From the NCBI RefSeq assembly GCF_025362475.1, contig NZ_JANYGH010000024.1, positions 2,164 to 66,163 on the forward strand: a stretch of DNA of 64,000 nucleotides. Direction: 5' to 3'. This DNA is from Mucilaginibacter sp. GTDB lineage: Bacteria; Bacteroidota; Bacteroidia; Sphingobacteriales; Sphingobacteriaceae. This document shows, one piece after another, positions 38,496 through 49,491 of the stretch (position 1 is its first letter; each line of letters begins with the position of its first letter). Position numbers and translations under genes: made by a program. The notes under the pieces are model-generated. The model made no database searches. It saw only the letters and a program-made list of their open reading frames with translations, and was not told the DNA's origin.

Positions 38496-39272
38496 ATGGC
38501 AATAATAACATTAACTACTGATTTGGGCGATAAGGACATTTATCAAGCTACTTTAAAAGGAAGCATCTATAAATTATTGCCTACAGTGAATATTGTTGAT
38601 ATTACCAACAGTGTAGCGGCATTTAACGTACAACAGGCTGCGTTTATATTAAAAAATAGTTTTTATTACTTCCCCGAGGATACTGTGCATCTTATTGGTA
38701 TTGATACTGTTTATAGTGATCATACAAAGTACCTGGCAGTAAGGTACAAAAAACATTATTTTGTAGGGGCCGATAATGGAATTTTCTCGCTGATGTTTGA
38801 TACCGACCCTGAAGAGATTGTAGAGATCAACATTATGCAGGACCTTAAATTTCTTCATTTTCCGTTGGCTGATATTTTTGTTAAGGCGGCGTGTCACCTG
38901 GCAAAAGGTGGAAAACTTAACGAGATTGGCATACCTACACACGAAATTGAAAACAAAATGAACCTACAGCCTGTTATCGAGAAAAACCTGATAAAAGGCG
39001 TGGTTATTTATATCGATTCGTTCCAAAATGTGATCACCAATATTACCAAGGAATTTTTTAATAATGTGCAACAAGGCCGGCGTTTTGTACTCAATTTTAA
39101 GCGGAACGAAACCATTAACCACCTCAGCTGGCATTATAATGAAGTCCCTATCGGTGAAAAATTATGCCTTTTTGGCATCAGCGATCATTTAGAAATTGCT
39201 ATAAACAAAGGCAACGCGAGTGGTTTATTAGGTTTAAACCTTAATGACAAAGTGATCATTGAATTTCAGTAA
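38496..39272 (+). CDS. SAM hydroxide adenosyltransferase (DUF62; chlorinase/fluorinase superfamily)
   Basis: ITLTTDLG, VDITNSV, ADNGIFS, YIDSFQNVITN, LEIAINKGNAS. Confidence 0.88.
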   Translation: MAIITLTTDLGDKDIYQATLKGSIYKLLPTVNIVDITNSVAAFNVQQAAFILKNSFYYFPEDTVHLIGIDTVYSDHTKYLAVRYKKHYFVGADNGIFSLMFDTDPEEIVEINIMQDLKFLHFPLADIFVKAACHLAKGGKLNEIGIPTHEIENKMNLQPVIEKNLIKGVVIYIDSFQNVITNITKEFFNNVQQGRRFVLNFKRNETINHLSWHYNEVPIGEKLCLFGISDHLEIAINKGNASGLLGLNLNDKVIIEFQ

Positions 39273-39282
39273 AGTATAATAT

Positions 39283-39792
39283 ATGAAGAAACTAATACTG
39301 CTTGGCTTGCTGTGTTTTTTTGCAGTGGGCGATCTTTTAGCGCAATCTCAGTTTAATGCAGATTCAATTGCATACCAGCTTCAGCGCAAAAAAATTAATT
39401 CCATGCTGGCCGTACGCAAACAAAAATTTGGGCAGTACAGCCAAAGTTTAAGTCAGCATACCGGAATCTTCGGTTTACAAACCAAAGATGATATCCGCCG
39501 GTCAAACAGTATTTTGATGGACATCGTAAAAACGGACGATAACATTTATAAAGAGCTAAAGATATTACTGGAGTACCGCGCTTTTCAGCAAAGGCAGATT
39601 CAAAGCCACAGCAAAGAGGCAGAAACCATAAACCAGGGTTTTATAGCTACCATAAAAAAACTTAGCGCGCAAAATGCGCAGCTTAAAGCCGCTGCAGAGC
39701 AAAAGGGAACCTCAAACTTTATCTATATAACTATAATTGCGCTCATGCTTGCGTCAATTTTATATCTTATTTACAAAAAAAATAAAGTTTAG
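39283..39792 (+). CDS. Hypothetical membrane-anchored helical protein
   Basis: Signal peptide, helical body, C-terminal TM. Confidence 0.7.
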   Translation: MKKLILLGLLCFFAVGDLLAQSQFNADSIAYQLQRKKINSMLAVRKQKFGQYSQSLSQHTGIFGLQTKDDIRRSNSILMDIVKTDDNIYKELKILLEYRAFQQRQIQSHSKEAETINQGFIATIKKLSAQNAQLKAAAEQKGTSNFIYITIIALMLASILYLIYKKNKV

Positions 39793-39826
39793 GTGTAATT
39801 TCGCGCTCGTAACTATAAAACTATAA

Positions 39827-41659
39827 ATGGCAAGAGGACGACTGAACAGTGGCGCTAAGACCGAGACCGAATTACCTAAAGCAAAAATAAACAGGCAAAG
39901 CATCCAAAACATACGGAAACTGCTCACCTACATAAAACCTTACCGGGGTAAATTTATAGCCGGTATGCTATTCTTATTTATATCAAGCCTGGTTGGCCTC
40001 GCATTCCCCGCTATACTGGGTGCTTTGATTGATGCAGCACAGGGCAAATTTAAATACCCTTATTTACCGCACAGCTTAAATGCAATTGCCATTGCCGGTT
40101 TTATCATATTGTTTGGGCAGGCATTTATATCTTTTTTTAGAGTGGTATGGTTTGTACAGGTTGCCGAGCGCTCACTGGCCGATATCAGGCGGGATACCTA
40201 TTTTAAGCTGATCACCCTGCCTATGAACTTTTTTGCCAACCGCCGCGTTGGTGAATTGAACAGCCGTATATCTGCCGATCTTTCACAAATACAGGATACC
40301 TTAACAACTACCATTGCCGAGATCATCAGGCAATTAGTGATCATGGTGGGCAGTGTTATTTTACTGGCAATAGTATCTATTAAATTGACCCTTGCCCTGC
40401 TGGCTATTTTGCCATTCCTGGTAGCATTTGCAGTATTTTTCGGAAAATTTATTCGTAAACTTTCTCGCCAGGCCCAGGACAAGCTCGCCGAATCAAACAC
40501 CATTGTGGAGGAAACACTTCAGGGTATTGCCAATGTAAAGGCATTTGTAAATGAGGCGTATGAAGCCACGCGCTATGATAAAATTTTGCGAAACGTTGTT
40601 GACATAGCTGTAAAAGGGGCCAAATTCCGCGGAATTTTTGCCTCATTTATTGTATTTTGTTTGTTTGGTACATTTGTGGGCGTTATTTGGTATGGCTCGG
40701 TATTGGTTAGTCATGGCGAAATTCTGGTAGGTGATTTAACCACGTTTATCATGTACTCCATATTTGTAGGTGCAGCCATGGGTAGTTTCCCTGATCTTTA
40801 TGCCAACCTGCAAAAGGCCGTAGGCGCAAGTGAGCGTGTGCTGGAGATATTGGCCGAACATGGCGAAGATATCTCAATGGTTGAAAACAACAACCAGGTT
40901 GATCAACTAATCAAAGGCGATCTATCTTTCAACAATGTGGTGTTTGCCTACCCTTCCAGGTCAGAACTTACTATTTTAAAAGGTATTTCTTTTGATGCCT
41001 CTGCCGGACAAAAAGTGGCTATTGTTGGTCCAAGCGGCTCGGGAAAATCAACTATGGCTTCGTTGATCCTGCAGTTTTATCATCCGCAAAACGGCACAAT
41101 TTTATTTGATGGCCGGCCGGCAGCAGATTATTCTATTACCGATATCCGTAACCAGGTGGCCATTGTTCCGCAGGATGTATTGTTATTTGGCGGATCGATA
41201 ATGGAAAACATCGCCTACGGAAGGCTCAATGCTTCAAAAGAAGATATTATACAGGCTGCTAAACGTGCAAACGCGCATCAGTTCATTACATCTTTTCCGG
41301 AAGGCTATGAAACCATTGTTGGCGAGCGTGGTGTAAAACTTTCTGGCGGTCAGCGCCAGCGGATTGCCATAGCGAGGGCATTATTAAAAAACCCATCAAT
41401 ATTGATTTTGGATGAGGCCACGTCATCATTAGATTCTGAATCAGAACGCCTGGTTCAGGAAGCTCTTGAGGAATTGATGAAAGACCGAACTTCCATTATC
41501 ATTGCCCACCGCCTGTCAACCATCCGCGAAGCTGATAAGATCATTGTGCTGGAAAAAGGCGAAATCATCGAGAGCGGCAGCCACCAGGAACTGATTGGCA
41601 ACGAGCAGGGACTTTACCGGTATTTAAGCCAGCTGCAATTTGAATCGCAGAGTAACTAA
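39827..41659 (+). CDS. ABC exporter, fused TMD+NBD (MsbA-like)
   Basis: GPSGSGKS, LSGGQRQR, LDEATSSLD, IAHRLST. Confidence 0.95.
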   Translation: MARGRLNSGAKTETELPKAKINRQSIQNIRKLLTYIKPYRGKFIAGMLFLFISSLVGLAFPAILGALIDAAQGKFKYPYLPHSLNAIAIAGFIILFGQAFISFFRVVWFVQVAERSLADIRRDTYFKLITLPMNFFANRRVGELNSRISADLSQIQDTLTTTIAEIIRQLVIMVGSVILLAIVSIKLTLALLAILPFLVAFAVFFGKFIRKLSRQAQDKLAESNTIVEETLQGIANVKAFVNEAYEATRYDKILRNVVDIAVKGAKFRGIFASFIVFCLFGTFVGVIWYGSVLVSHGEILVGDLTTFIMYSIFVGAAMGSFPDLYANLQKAVGASERVLEILAEHGEDISMVENNNQVDQLIKGDLSFNNVVFAYPSRSELTILKGISFDASAGQKVAIVGPSGSGKSTMASLILQFYHPQNGTILFDGRPAADYSITDIRNQVAIVPQDVLLFGGSIMENIAYGRLNASKEDIIQAAKRANAHQFITSFPEGYETIVGERGVKLSGGQRQRIAIARALLKNPSILILDEATSSLDSESERLVQEALEELMKDRTSIIIAHRLSTIREADKIIVLEKGEIIESGSHQELIGNEQGLYRYLSQLQFESQSN

Positions 41660-41777
41660 TTCGTAATTATCTTTCACGGATTATCATTATTTAAATAAAA
41701 GTTCGGATATTAAACCGAAAACCCAAAAAGGTATTTAGAGGCTATGGTATAATGATCATTGCCCATGGACTTATAAA

Positions 41778-43175
41778 ATGAAATTAACCATACACGGGGC
41801 AGCCCAACAGGTAACCGGAAGCATGCATTTGCTGGAGGTTGACCAATATAAAATATTAATAGATTGCGGGCTGGATTATGAGAAGGACCGCAGCATACAA
41901 TCAAACGAGAACTTCCCTTTTCGCGCCGAAGAGATTGACGTTGTAATACTTACACATGCACATATCGATCACTCCGGAAATTTGCCTACCCTGGTAAGGT
42001 TAGGATTTAACGGACAGATCCTTTGCACCCCTCCTACTGCCGATCTTACCGAATTGCTTTTACTTGATTCTGTAAGTATCTTCATGAACAAGGCTAAAGG
42101 TAACCGGAAACGTGGTAAAGGGAAATTTAACTCCGGCAACGGCCAGCAACCCCTATACCTGCAAAAACACGTAATGGATACGGTTGACCGCTTTGTTACC
42201 ATAGGCTTTAACCGCCCTTTCAGGATAAACGGCAATATCGAACTTACTTTTATCCCGGTTGGGCACCTGTTGGGTGCAGCAGCAGCAGTTTTAAAAGTGA
42301 TCGAGAATGGCGAAGAAAAATCTATTGCCTTTACCGGCGATATTGGCAGGAAAAACTACCCGGTATTAAATGATCCGCAGGAATTACCTCCTGTTGATTT
42401 CCTGGTATCAGAATCAACCTATGGCGGTCGTTACCACACCAAAGGTAAATCGGTAGAGGAAACATTGATAGAGGTTATTGATAAAGCCTGTGTAAGAGAG
42501 CAAGGACGTTTAATTATCCCGGCTTTTAGCATAGGGCGCACCCAATCATTAGTATACTCTTTAAACAAGATCTTTAGCGAAGGCTTGTTGCCCCAGGTTA
42601 AGGTTTTTGTTGATAGCCCTATGGCTACCATAGCAACCGGCATCTTCAGAAAATATCATAGCCTGGTAAACCAGGAAGCTCAGGATTTTTATAAGGATAA
42701 AGGCGATGAGTTTGAATTTGATAATCTTACCTACGTTGAAAACCTGAAAGATAGCCGGCAGATCTCGAACTACTACGAACCCTGTATCATCATCTCATCA
42801 GCTGGAATGCTGGAAGGTGGCCGTATCCAGGATCACCTGTTTTATAACATCCAGAATTATTACTGTACTATCCTCTTCATTGGCTATTGCGCCAAGGGAA
42901 CTTTAGGCCACCGTTTATTGCGCGGCGATCCCATAGTTCACATTAAAGACCGCGAACTGGCCGTTTACGCCACCATTAAACAAACGGATGTACTAAGCGC
43001 CCACGGTGATCACCAGGACCTGTTAGACAACGTAAAACAGCAGAATAAAGCCAAATTGAAGAATGTATTCCTTGTCCATGGCGAAGGCGAAAGCATGAAA
43101 CTACTGGCTAACTCATTGGAAGAAGAAGGATATACGGTTACGATACCTGAGAAGGATTTGACTTACGTCCTCTAA
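41778..43175 (+). CDS. MBL-fold beta-CASP ribonuclease
   Basis: THAHIDHSG, GHLLG, ESTYG, SAHGD, VHGE. Confidence 0.92.
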   Translation: MKLTIHGAAQQVTGSMHLLEVDQYKILIDCGLDYEKDRSIQSNENFPFRAEEIDVVILTHAHIDHSGNLPTLVRLGFNGQILCTPPTADLTELLLLDSVSIFMNKAKGNRKRGKGKFNSGNGQQPLYLQKHVMDTVDRFVTIGFNRPFRINGNIELTFIPVGHLLGAAAAVLKVIENGEEKSIAFTGDIGRKNYPVLNDPQELPPVDFLVSESTYGGRYHTKGKSVEETLIEVIDKACVREQGRLIIPAFSIGRTQSLVYSLNKIFSEGLLPQVKVFVDSPMATIATGIFRKYHSLVNQEAQDFYKDKGDEFEFDNLTYVENLKDSRQISNYYEPCIIISSAGMLEGGRIQDHLFYNIQNYYCTILFIGYCAKGTLGHRLLRGDPIVHIKDRELAVYATIKQTDVLSAHGDHQDLLDNVKQQNKAKLKNVFLVHGEGESMKLLANSLEEEGYTVTIPEKDLTYVL

Positions 43176-43241
43176 TACACTATGTCGTTGCTGTAAGTTT
43201 TACTATCCGGGGACACTGAAAGGAAAATGACGTTTGAAAAG

Positions 43242-43337
43242 TTTGTCATCCTGAGGAACAAAGGATCTATTTGCAGACTGTACAGGGCGAAAAAGTATAG
43301 CGAATAATAGATCCTTCACTATCGTTCAGGATGACAA
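43242..43337. repeat. REP-like palindrome (GTCATCCTGAG...GGATCT type)
   Basis: TTTGTCATCCTGAGGAACAAAGGATCTATT ... AATAGATCCTTCACTATCGTTCAGGATGACAAA. Confidence 0.75.
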
Positions 43338-43361
43338 AAAGTTTTTTTAGACATTCTGTTT

Positions 43362-43450
43362 AACACAAATGGCACGAACTCTTTAGGAATTCGTGCCATT
43401 CGTTTTTATTCGTGAAATTCGTGCCCGAATCAATTCGGGCTATTCGTGTC
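43362..43450. repeat. Nonamer (ATTCGTG-core) tandem/inverted repeat after serA
   Basis: ATTCGTGCC ATTCGTTTTT ATTCGTGAA ATTCGTGCC ... ATTCGGGCT ATTCGTGTC with opposite arm ACACAAAT GGCACGAA. Confidence 0.7.
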
Positions 43451-43452
43451 AA

Positions 43453-44403
43453 TTATTTCTTAAAGTGATCTATGATCAGATTAGCCAATTCAACACCTAT
43501 TCTTTCCTGGGCCTCGTTGGTGGCAGCACCAATGTGAGGAGTTAAAGAAATTTTAGGGTGCTTTAATATTTCTTCACGGGGAGTTGGCTCGTTATCAAAT
43601 ACATCTAAAGCAGCAAACGAAACCTGACCGCTGTTTAAGGCGTCGATCAAAGCAAGCTCGTCAATTAAACCACCACGTGAAATATTTACCAGGCCAACAC
43701 CTTTTTTAGTTTGAGCCAATTCTTCGGCGCCAAAAAGAGCTTTGTCGATAAATGGAGTATGCAGAGTAATAAAATCAGCGGTTTTGATGATCTCATCTAA
43801 GGTTGAAGTTTTAACAGCTACTTTTACTGTTGTACCACCACCTAAAACAATATCCAACTCAGGGTTAAAAGGGAACAAATCGTAAGCCAAAACTTCCATA
43901 CCTACGCCAATAGCTATTTTAGCTACTTCTTTGCCAATACGGCCAAAGCCAACAATACCTAAAGTTTTACCACGCAGTTCAATACCTTTTGCATAAGCTT
44001 TCTTCAGATCGTTAAATTTGGCACCACCTTCAACAGGCATTTTACGGTTGCTATCTGGCAAAAATCTTACCGCGCTAAATAAACTTGCAAAAACAAGTTC
44101 GGCTACTGATAATGATGAAGATGCAGGCGTGTTATAAACGCTAAGGCCTTTTTCCCTTGCGTATTCAACATCAATGTTATCCATACCAACACCACCACGA
44201 CCGATTACCTTAAGATTAGGGCAAGCGTCAATTAATGCTTTACGCACTTTGGTAGCACTACGCACGGTAATGGCATCGTACTCTTGTAATTTAACAGATA
44301 GTTCATCCTGTGGGATGTTATTAGTATCAACAAAGAAACCAGCTTCTTCTAAAAGTTGTTTCCCAATTGGGTCGATACCGTCATTAGCTAATATTTTGAT
44401 CAT
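43453..44403 (-). CDS. serA: D-3-phosphoglycerate dehydrogenase
   Basis: VRSATKV, RGGVGMDNID, GFGRIG, NISRGG, LDVFDNEP, TPHIGA; follows serC. Confidence 0.9.
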   Translation of the reverse strand: MIKILANDGIDPIGKQLLEEAGFFVDTNNIPQDELSVKLQEYDAITVRSATKVRKALIDACPNLKVIGRGGVGMDNIDVEYAREKGLSVYNTPASSSLSVAELVFASLFSAVRFLPDSNRKMPVEGGAKFNDLKKAYAKGIELRGKTLGIVGFGRIGKEVAKIAIGVGMEVLAYDLFPFNPELDIVLGGGTTVKVAVKTSTLDEIIKTADFITLHTPFIDKALFGAEELAQTKKGVGLVNISRGGLIDELALIDALNSGQVSFAALDVFDNEPTPREEILKHPKISLTPHIGAATNEAQERIGVELANLIIDHFKK

Positions 44404-44408
44404 CTTGT

Positions 44409-44584
44409 TAGTTCATTGGTTCATTAGTTCATTGGTTCATTGGTATGTTGCGTTAAATATTTAACAACCTGATGAACGAACGGGGAACTAATAAACGATT
44501 TAGAGTTAATTTATTTAGTTTAATAGTTCACCGGCCTTATTCATCAAGTCCTAATGAACTAATGAACCAGTGAACTAATGAACG
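44409..44584. repeat. Octamer-armed inverted repeat at serC|serA junction
   Basis: (A/G)GTTCATT x4 near the serA start and AATGAAC(T/C)-type x4 at the serC stop, with degenerate nested units. Confidence 0.8.
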
Positions 44585-44588
44585 ACGA

Positions 44589-45656
44589 CTACTTATTTAA
44601 TTCAGCAAACTCCTGCATTACATCAATCAGCGCGTAAACGCTGGTTATTGGCAATGCGTTATATATTGATGCTCTGAAACCACCAACACTTCTGTGGCCT
44701 TTAATACCAACTATCCCTCTTTCGTCGCATAGTTTAAGGAATGGTTTTTCCAATTCTGGATTTTCCATTACAAAGGTAACGTTCATGTGTGAGCGGTCTT
44801 CAACAGCACAAACAGGTTTAAATATAGGGTTGCGCTCAATTTCTTCATACAACACCCTTGCTTTGGTAATGTTTTCCTGCTCAATAGCTTCAACACCACC
44901 TTTGGCCTTTAACCAGTTTAAGGTAAGCATAGAAACATAGATAGCAAATACCGGTGGAGTATTGTACATAGAACCACCTTCAATTTGTGTTTGGTAATTC
45001 AACATAGCCGGGATCTTACGATCAACTTTGCCCAGGATCTCATCCTTAACAATTACCAAAGTAACACCTGCAGGGCCCATATTTTTTTGAGCACCGGCAT
45101 AAATCAAACCGAAATCGGCAACGTTGATTTTGCGGCTAAATATATCTGACGACATATCGCAAACAACCGGGATTGGTGATTTAGGGAACTCCTGTAACTG
45201 TGTACCATAAATGGTATTGTTTGATGTAATGTGGAAGTAAGCCGCATCAGCAGGGATAGTATAATCTTTAGGGATGTAAGTAAAGTTGCTTGCTTTTGAT
45301 GAGGCAACAATCTCCACTTCGCCAAAATATTTAGCTTCTTTTAAAGCTTTGTTTGCCCATACGCCTGTTTCAAGGTAAGCAGCTTTGCCATTCGATGGCA
45401 GCAGGTTATAAGGAGCCATTGCAAATTGTGTACTTGCGCCGCCCTGTAAAAATAATACCGAATAACCTTCTGGTACACTGAATAATTCTTTTACCAATGC
45501 AACAGCTTCATCCAAAACTGCTTCAAATTCTTTTGATCTGTGAGAGATCTCCAGCAATGATAATCCTGTACCATTAAAATCAATAACCGCCTCTGAAGCT
45601 TGTTTTAAAACTTCGTGAGGTAAAATGCCTGGTCCGGCACCAAAATTATGTTTCAT
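44589..45656 (-). CDS. serC: Phosphoserine aminotransferase
   Basis: [42 protein letters not shown]. Confidence 0.96.
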   Translation of the reverse strand: MKHNFGAGPGILPHEVLKQASEAVIDFNGTGLSLLEISHRSKEFEAVLDEAVALVKELFSVPEGYSVLFLQGGASTQFAMAPYNLLPSNGKAAYLETGVWANKALKEAKYFGEVEIVASSKASNFTYIPKDYTIPADAAYFHITSNNTIYGTQLQEFPKSPIPVVCDMSSDIFSRKINVADFGLIYAGAQKNMGPAGVTLVIVKDEILGKVDRKIPAMLNYQTQIEGGSMYNTPPVFAIYVSMLTLNWLKAKGGVEAIEQENITKARVLYEEIERNPIFKPVCAVEDRSHMNVTFVMENPELEKPFLKLCDERGIVGIKGHRSVGGFRASIYNALPITSVYALIDVMQEFAELNK

Positions 45657-45840
45657 ATAATTAACGAATTGTAGGTTCTGAATACTTGATTAGGAACTTT
45701 GTATTTAGTTGGGCCGAAGTTAATTAATTTGACAAAATATATAGAGATTATTTACATTTTTTGAAAAAATATACAATTAATCAACAAAAGCCTTTTTGAT
45801 TGCAAATTTTAAATTAATCCTATTGGGTTAGTAGTAATTA

Positions 45841-46509
45841 TTACAATTGTAATAACTTTTCGGGGTATTTAAGGTTTGATATAGCACCCAGCTGATTGGC
45901 CGAGGAGAACACAGAATTGCCTGCAACCAGCACATTTGCACCAGCATCTAACAATTTTGTTACATTATGCTCACCAACTCCGCCATCAACTTCTATCAGT
46001 AAACCTGGATTTTTCTTTTGGCTAAGTTGTTTTAAGTCGTTGAGTTTCTTGTAGGTATTATCAATAAATTTCTGTCCGCCAAAGCCTGGGTTTACAGACA
46101 TGATAAGCACCATATCCAGGTCGGCGATGATATCCTCAAGCAAGGCAACCGGAGTATGCGGGTTAAGGGCCACTCCTGCCCTGCAGCCAAGTTCTTTGAT
46201 GGCTTGTATAGTACGGTGCAAATGAGGGCATGCTTCATAGTGAACGGTCATACCATCCGCGCCGGCATCCTTAAAAGCCTTCAAATAACGGTCGGGATCA
46301 ACAATCATTAAATGTACATCCAGCGGTTTGGTGGCGTGCTTTTTAGTGGCTGCAACAACCGGGAAACCAAAGGAGATGTTTGGCACAAACATGCCATCCA
46401 TAACATCAACGTGCACCCAATCGGCATCGCTTTTATTGATCATTTCAATATCACGTTGCAAGTTGGCAAAATCGGCAGCTAAAATTGATGGTGCTATTAG
46501 GTGGTTCAT
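45841..46509 (-). CDS. rpe: Ribulose-phosphate 3-epimerase
   Basis: IAPSILAADF, HVDVMDG, DVHLM, MSVNPGFGGQ, EVDGG; start at ATG 46509. Confidence 0.96.
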   Translation of the reverse strand: MNHLIAPSILAADFANLQRDIEMINKSDADWVHVDVMDGMFVPNISFGFPVVAATKKHATKPLDVHLMIVDPDRYLKAFKDAGADGMTVHYEACPHLHRTIQAIKELGCRAGVALNPHTPVALLEDIIADLDMVLIMSVNPGFGGQKFIDNTYKKLNDLKQLSQKKNPGLLIEVDGGVGEHNVTKLLDAGANVLVAGNSVFSSANQLGAISNLKYPEKLLQL

Positions 46510-46512
46510 ATG

Positions 46513-46520
46513 CAAATATA
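46513..46520 (-). promoter_or_regulatory. -7 promoter element immediately before rpe ATG
   Basis: TATATTTG-CAT-ATG on minus strand. Confidence 0.5.
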
Positions 46521-46571
46521 TAAAACCCAAGGTCGGCAAAAAGTAATTATTTGTAAAGTTTTTGGCAGCCC

Positions 46572-46716
46572 GTCCGCCTCAACTTGTTTCAGGATCACAC
46601 AGGGCTAGTGTCAGCATGAAATATACCTTACAAGGGGGGATGCCGAAATAAATCGGCATGATTGATCTTTATGAAAGAAATATGCTTATCATTCCCCCTT
46701 TAGGGGGTTAGGGGGC
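46572..46716. repeat. Composite degenerate REP-like elements
   Basis: AACTTGTTTCAGGATC ... GATGCCGAAATAAATCGGCATGAT pair and CCCCCTTTAGGGGGTTAGGGGG. Confidence 0.5.
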
Positions 46717-46719
46717 AAC

Positions 46720-46992
46720 TTAATCACAGTTAAGCAACAGATCATAGTATTTTTTCATCAGTACCGTATCGTAATTAACTAAGGAGCCATAAGCCTCTGC
46801 TACCAGCTCATTCAAAATTGACGAGCCAAGCTGACCACCTCCATTGGGAATGGAATCGTAGTACAGTATTAATTCTTTAACGCGGATGATCTCATATAAT
46901 AATTGCTGGACCAGATCGGTATGTGCACCTGACTGCTTTCCATGCGGATTATTGTTGAGAAAATCTAAAGGATCGTTAGTAGCAGGAGTCAT
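46720..46992 (-). CDS. Hypothetical protein (90 aa)
   Basis: Clean ORF downstream of the pnp terminator; no recognised motif. Confidence 0.65.
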   Translation of the reverse strand: MTPATNDPLDFLNNNPHGKQSGAHTDLVQQLLYEIIRVKELILYYDSIPNGGGQLGSSILNELVAEAYGSLVNYDTVLMKKYYDLLLNCD

Positions 46993-47110
46993 GTTTTTTA
47001 CAAGCAGGATCGAACTTTAAGGTTTTATCAACTATTTATTAACTGATATAAAGTTTAAATAAATGCCTTTTGTTTTAATTTATTTAAAAAAAGTGTAAAA
47101 AACACAAGTT

Positions 47111-47146
47111 AAATAACAAAACCCTCATAAAGAGGGTTTTGTTATT
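47111..47146 (-). terminator. pnp terminator
   Basis: 16-bp perfect stem AAATAACAAAACCCTC/GAGGGTTTTGTTATTT. Confidence 0.85.
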
Positions 47147-47161
47147 TATTTAAAACTGGAA

Positions 47162-49297
47162 TTATTTATCTGTTTTTGGAGCTTCTGGTCTTGGCAATAA
47201 TGCCTTACGGGATAACTTTAATTTACCTTGTTTATCAACATCAAGTAACTTAACCCTTACCTCATCACCTACTTCAAATATACCATCCATTTTCTCAATC
47301 CTGCGGTGATCTATTTCAGAGATGTGCAACAAACCATCTTTACCTGGCATGATTTCAACAAATGCACCAAACGGCATAATTGATTTCACTTTACCTTCGT
47401 ATATCTCGCCAACTTCTGGTTTAGAAGCAATATTGCGGATACGTGATAAAGCCTGATCGATAGATGCTTTGTTATCGGCAAAAATTTGAACGATACCCTG
47501 GTTATCTTTTTCTTCGATAGAAATAGTTGCACCGGTTTCACGTTGCATTTCCTGGATAATTTTACCACCGGGCCCGATAACAGCACCAATAAATTCTTTA
47601 TCAATTTTGATGGTAACGATACGCGGAGCATGTGGTTTTAAATCAACACGTGGCGCAGTAAGGGTCTTAGACATTTCGCCTAAGATATGTAAACGACCAT
47701 CTTTTGCCTGGTTTAAAGCGTTAGTTAACACTTCGTATGAAAGGCCATTGATTTTCAAATCCATCTGTACGGCAACAATACCATTAACAGTACCTGTTAC
47801 TTTAAAGTCCATATCACCTAAGTGATCTTCATCACCAAGGATATCAGACAGGATAGCGTATTTAGTACCCATTTCATTGGTGATCAATCCCATCGCGATA
47901 CCTGATACCGGCGATTTGATCTTTATACCCGCATCCATCAAAGCCAATGTACCGGCGCAAACCGTAGCCATTGATGATGAACCGTTTGATTCTAAAATAT
48001 CAGAAACGATACGGATTGTGTATGGGTTTTCATCCTCAGATGGCAATACTTGTTTTAATGAACGCATGGCCAGGTTACCGTGACCAATTTCGCGGCGACC
48101 AGCACCCCTGTTTGGACGAACCTCGCCGGTTGAGAAACCTGGGAAGTTATAGTGCAACAGGAATTTTTGGTAACCGTTGATGAACGCGCCATCAATCATT
48201 TGCTCATCATCCTTAGCACCTAATGTTACGGTGGTTAATGCCTGAGTTTCACCACGGGTGAATACTGCAGAACCGTGAGCAGATGGTAAATAACTAACTT
48301 CGCTCCATATAGGGCGAATCTGGGTAGTTGTACGACCATCTAAACGTTTGCCTTCATCTAATACAAGGTTACGGATAGCATCATACTCTACATCATGATA
48401 GTATTTTTTAGCAAGGAATTTAGTGATATCATCAATCTCGCCTAAAGTAGCGATATAAGCATCACGAACTTCTTTGAACTTGGCAGAACGCTCATCTTTT
48501 GCAGATGCAGAAGATGCGATAGCGTAAACCTGGTCATAAGTAGCAGCGTAGATAGCTTTTTTCAAATCTTCATTGCTGTGCTCATGGCTGTAAACACGTT
48601 TTTCGGTTTTGCCAACTTCAATGGTTAATTCTTTTTGAGCTAAACACTGTAATTTAATAGCAGTGTGTGCAAATTTAATGGCTTCAACCAATTCAGCTTC
48701 CTGAATCTCTTTTGATTCACCTTCAACCATGTTGATGTCATGCTCGCTACCTGCTACAATAAATTCTAAAGTAGCACGCTCAAGCTGGCTTAACGTTGGG
48801 TTGATCACTAACTCGCCATCAATTTTAGCAACACGTACTTCAGAGATAGGGCCATTAAATGGAATATCAGATACAGCCAATGCTGCTGATGCTGCCAAAC
48901 CGGCAAGGCAATCAGGCATGATGTCCTTATCTGCCGAAATTAAAGAAATCATCACCTGTGTATCAGCGTGATAATCTGAAGGGAACAACGGACGTAAAGC
49001 ACGGTCAACCAAACGCGAGATTAAAACCTCATAGTCTGATAAACGCGCCTCACGGCGTAAAAAACCACCCGGGATACGTCCGGTGGCAGCGTATTTTTCC
49101 TGGTAATCAACAGAAAGAGGTAAAAAATCAACTCCTTCTTTTGCTTCCCGTGATGATACTACAGTAGCCAATAACATGGTATCACCCATTTTAATAACTA
49201 CAGAGCCATCTGCCTGTTTAGCCAGTTTACCTGTTTCGATCTCAATGGTGCGGCCGTCACCTAAATCAATAACTTTTTTAATTACGTTTAAACTCAT
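47162..49297 (-). CDS. pnp: Polyribonucleotide nucleotidyltransferase
   Basis: [39 protein letters not shown] and S1 domains; start MSLNV at 49297. Confidence 0.97.
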   Translation of the reverse strand: MSLNVIKKVIDLGDGRTIEIETGKLAKQADGSVVIKMGDTMLLATVVSSREAKEGVDFLPLSVDYQEKYAATGRIPGGFLRREARLSDYEVLISRLVDRALRPLFPSDYHADTQVMISLISADKDIMPDCLAGLAASAALAVSDIPFNGPISEVRVAKIDGELVINPTLSQLERATLEFIVAGSEHDINMVEGESKEIQEAELVEAIKFAHTAIKLQCLAQKELTIEVGKTEKRVYSHEHSNEDLKKAIYAATYDQVYAIASSASAKDERSAKFKEVRDAYIATLGEIDDITKFLAKKYYHDVEYDAIRNLVLDEGKRLDGRTTTQIRPIWSEVSYLPSAHGSAVFTRGETQALTTVTLGAKDDEQMIDGAFINGYQKFLLHYNFPGFSTGEVRPNRGAGRREIGHGNLAMRSLKQVLPSEDENPYTIRIVSDILESNGSSSMATVCAGTLALMDAGIKIKSPVSGIAMGLITNEMGTKYAILSDILGDEDHLGDMDFKVTGTVNGIVAVQMDLKINGLSYEVLTNALNQAKDGRLHILGEMSKTLTAPRVDLKPHAPRIVTIKIDKEFIGAVIGPGGKIIQEMQRETGATISIEEKDNQGIVQIFADNKASIDQALSRIRNIASKPEVGEIYEGKVKSIMPFGAFVEIMPGKDGLLHISEIDHRRIEKMDGIFEVGDEVRVKLLDVDKQGKLKLSRKALLPRPEAPKTDK

Positions 49298-49433
49298 CTT
49301 CTTTTGTTTGTGGTGCACTTTTCATCTTTCGGAGCACACCGGTTTTTTATGTGTGTAATATTAGTTTCAGTATATAATTGCCTGTTACCGGCAATGATTT
49401 ATAAGCTTTTTAACAGGTGGCCTATAATGTATG

Positions 49434-49441
49434 CAAAAGTA
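49434..49441 (-). promoter_or_regulatory. -7 promoter element for pnp
   Basis: TACTTTTG on minus strand directly downstream of the rpsO terminator. Confidence 0.55.
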
Positions 49442-49442
49442 A

Positions 49443-49473
49443 AAAAGCCATCCCCAAACTTGGGATGGCTTTT
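49443..49473 (-). terminator. rpsO terminator
   Basis: AAAAGCCATCCC/GGGATGGCTTTT stem with T-run on minus strand. Confidence 0.8.
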
Positions 49474-49491
49474 AAATAAAAAAGGAGAGAA

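Noticed and set aside
38496-39272. Halogenase (fluorinase/chlorinase) natural-product locus
   Set aside because: Housekeeping context beside phoH; DUF62 SAM hydrolases are widespread and no biosynthetic genes are adjacent
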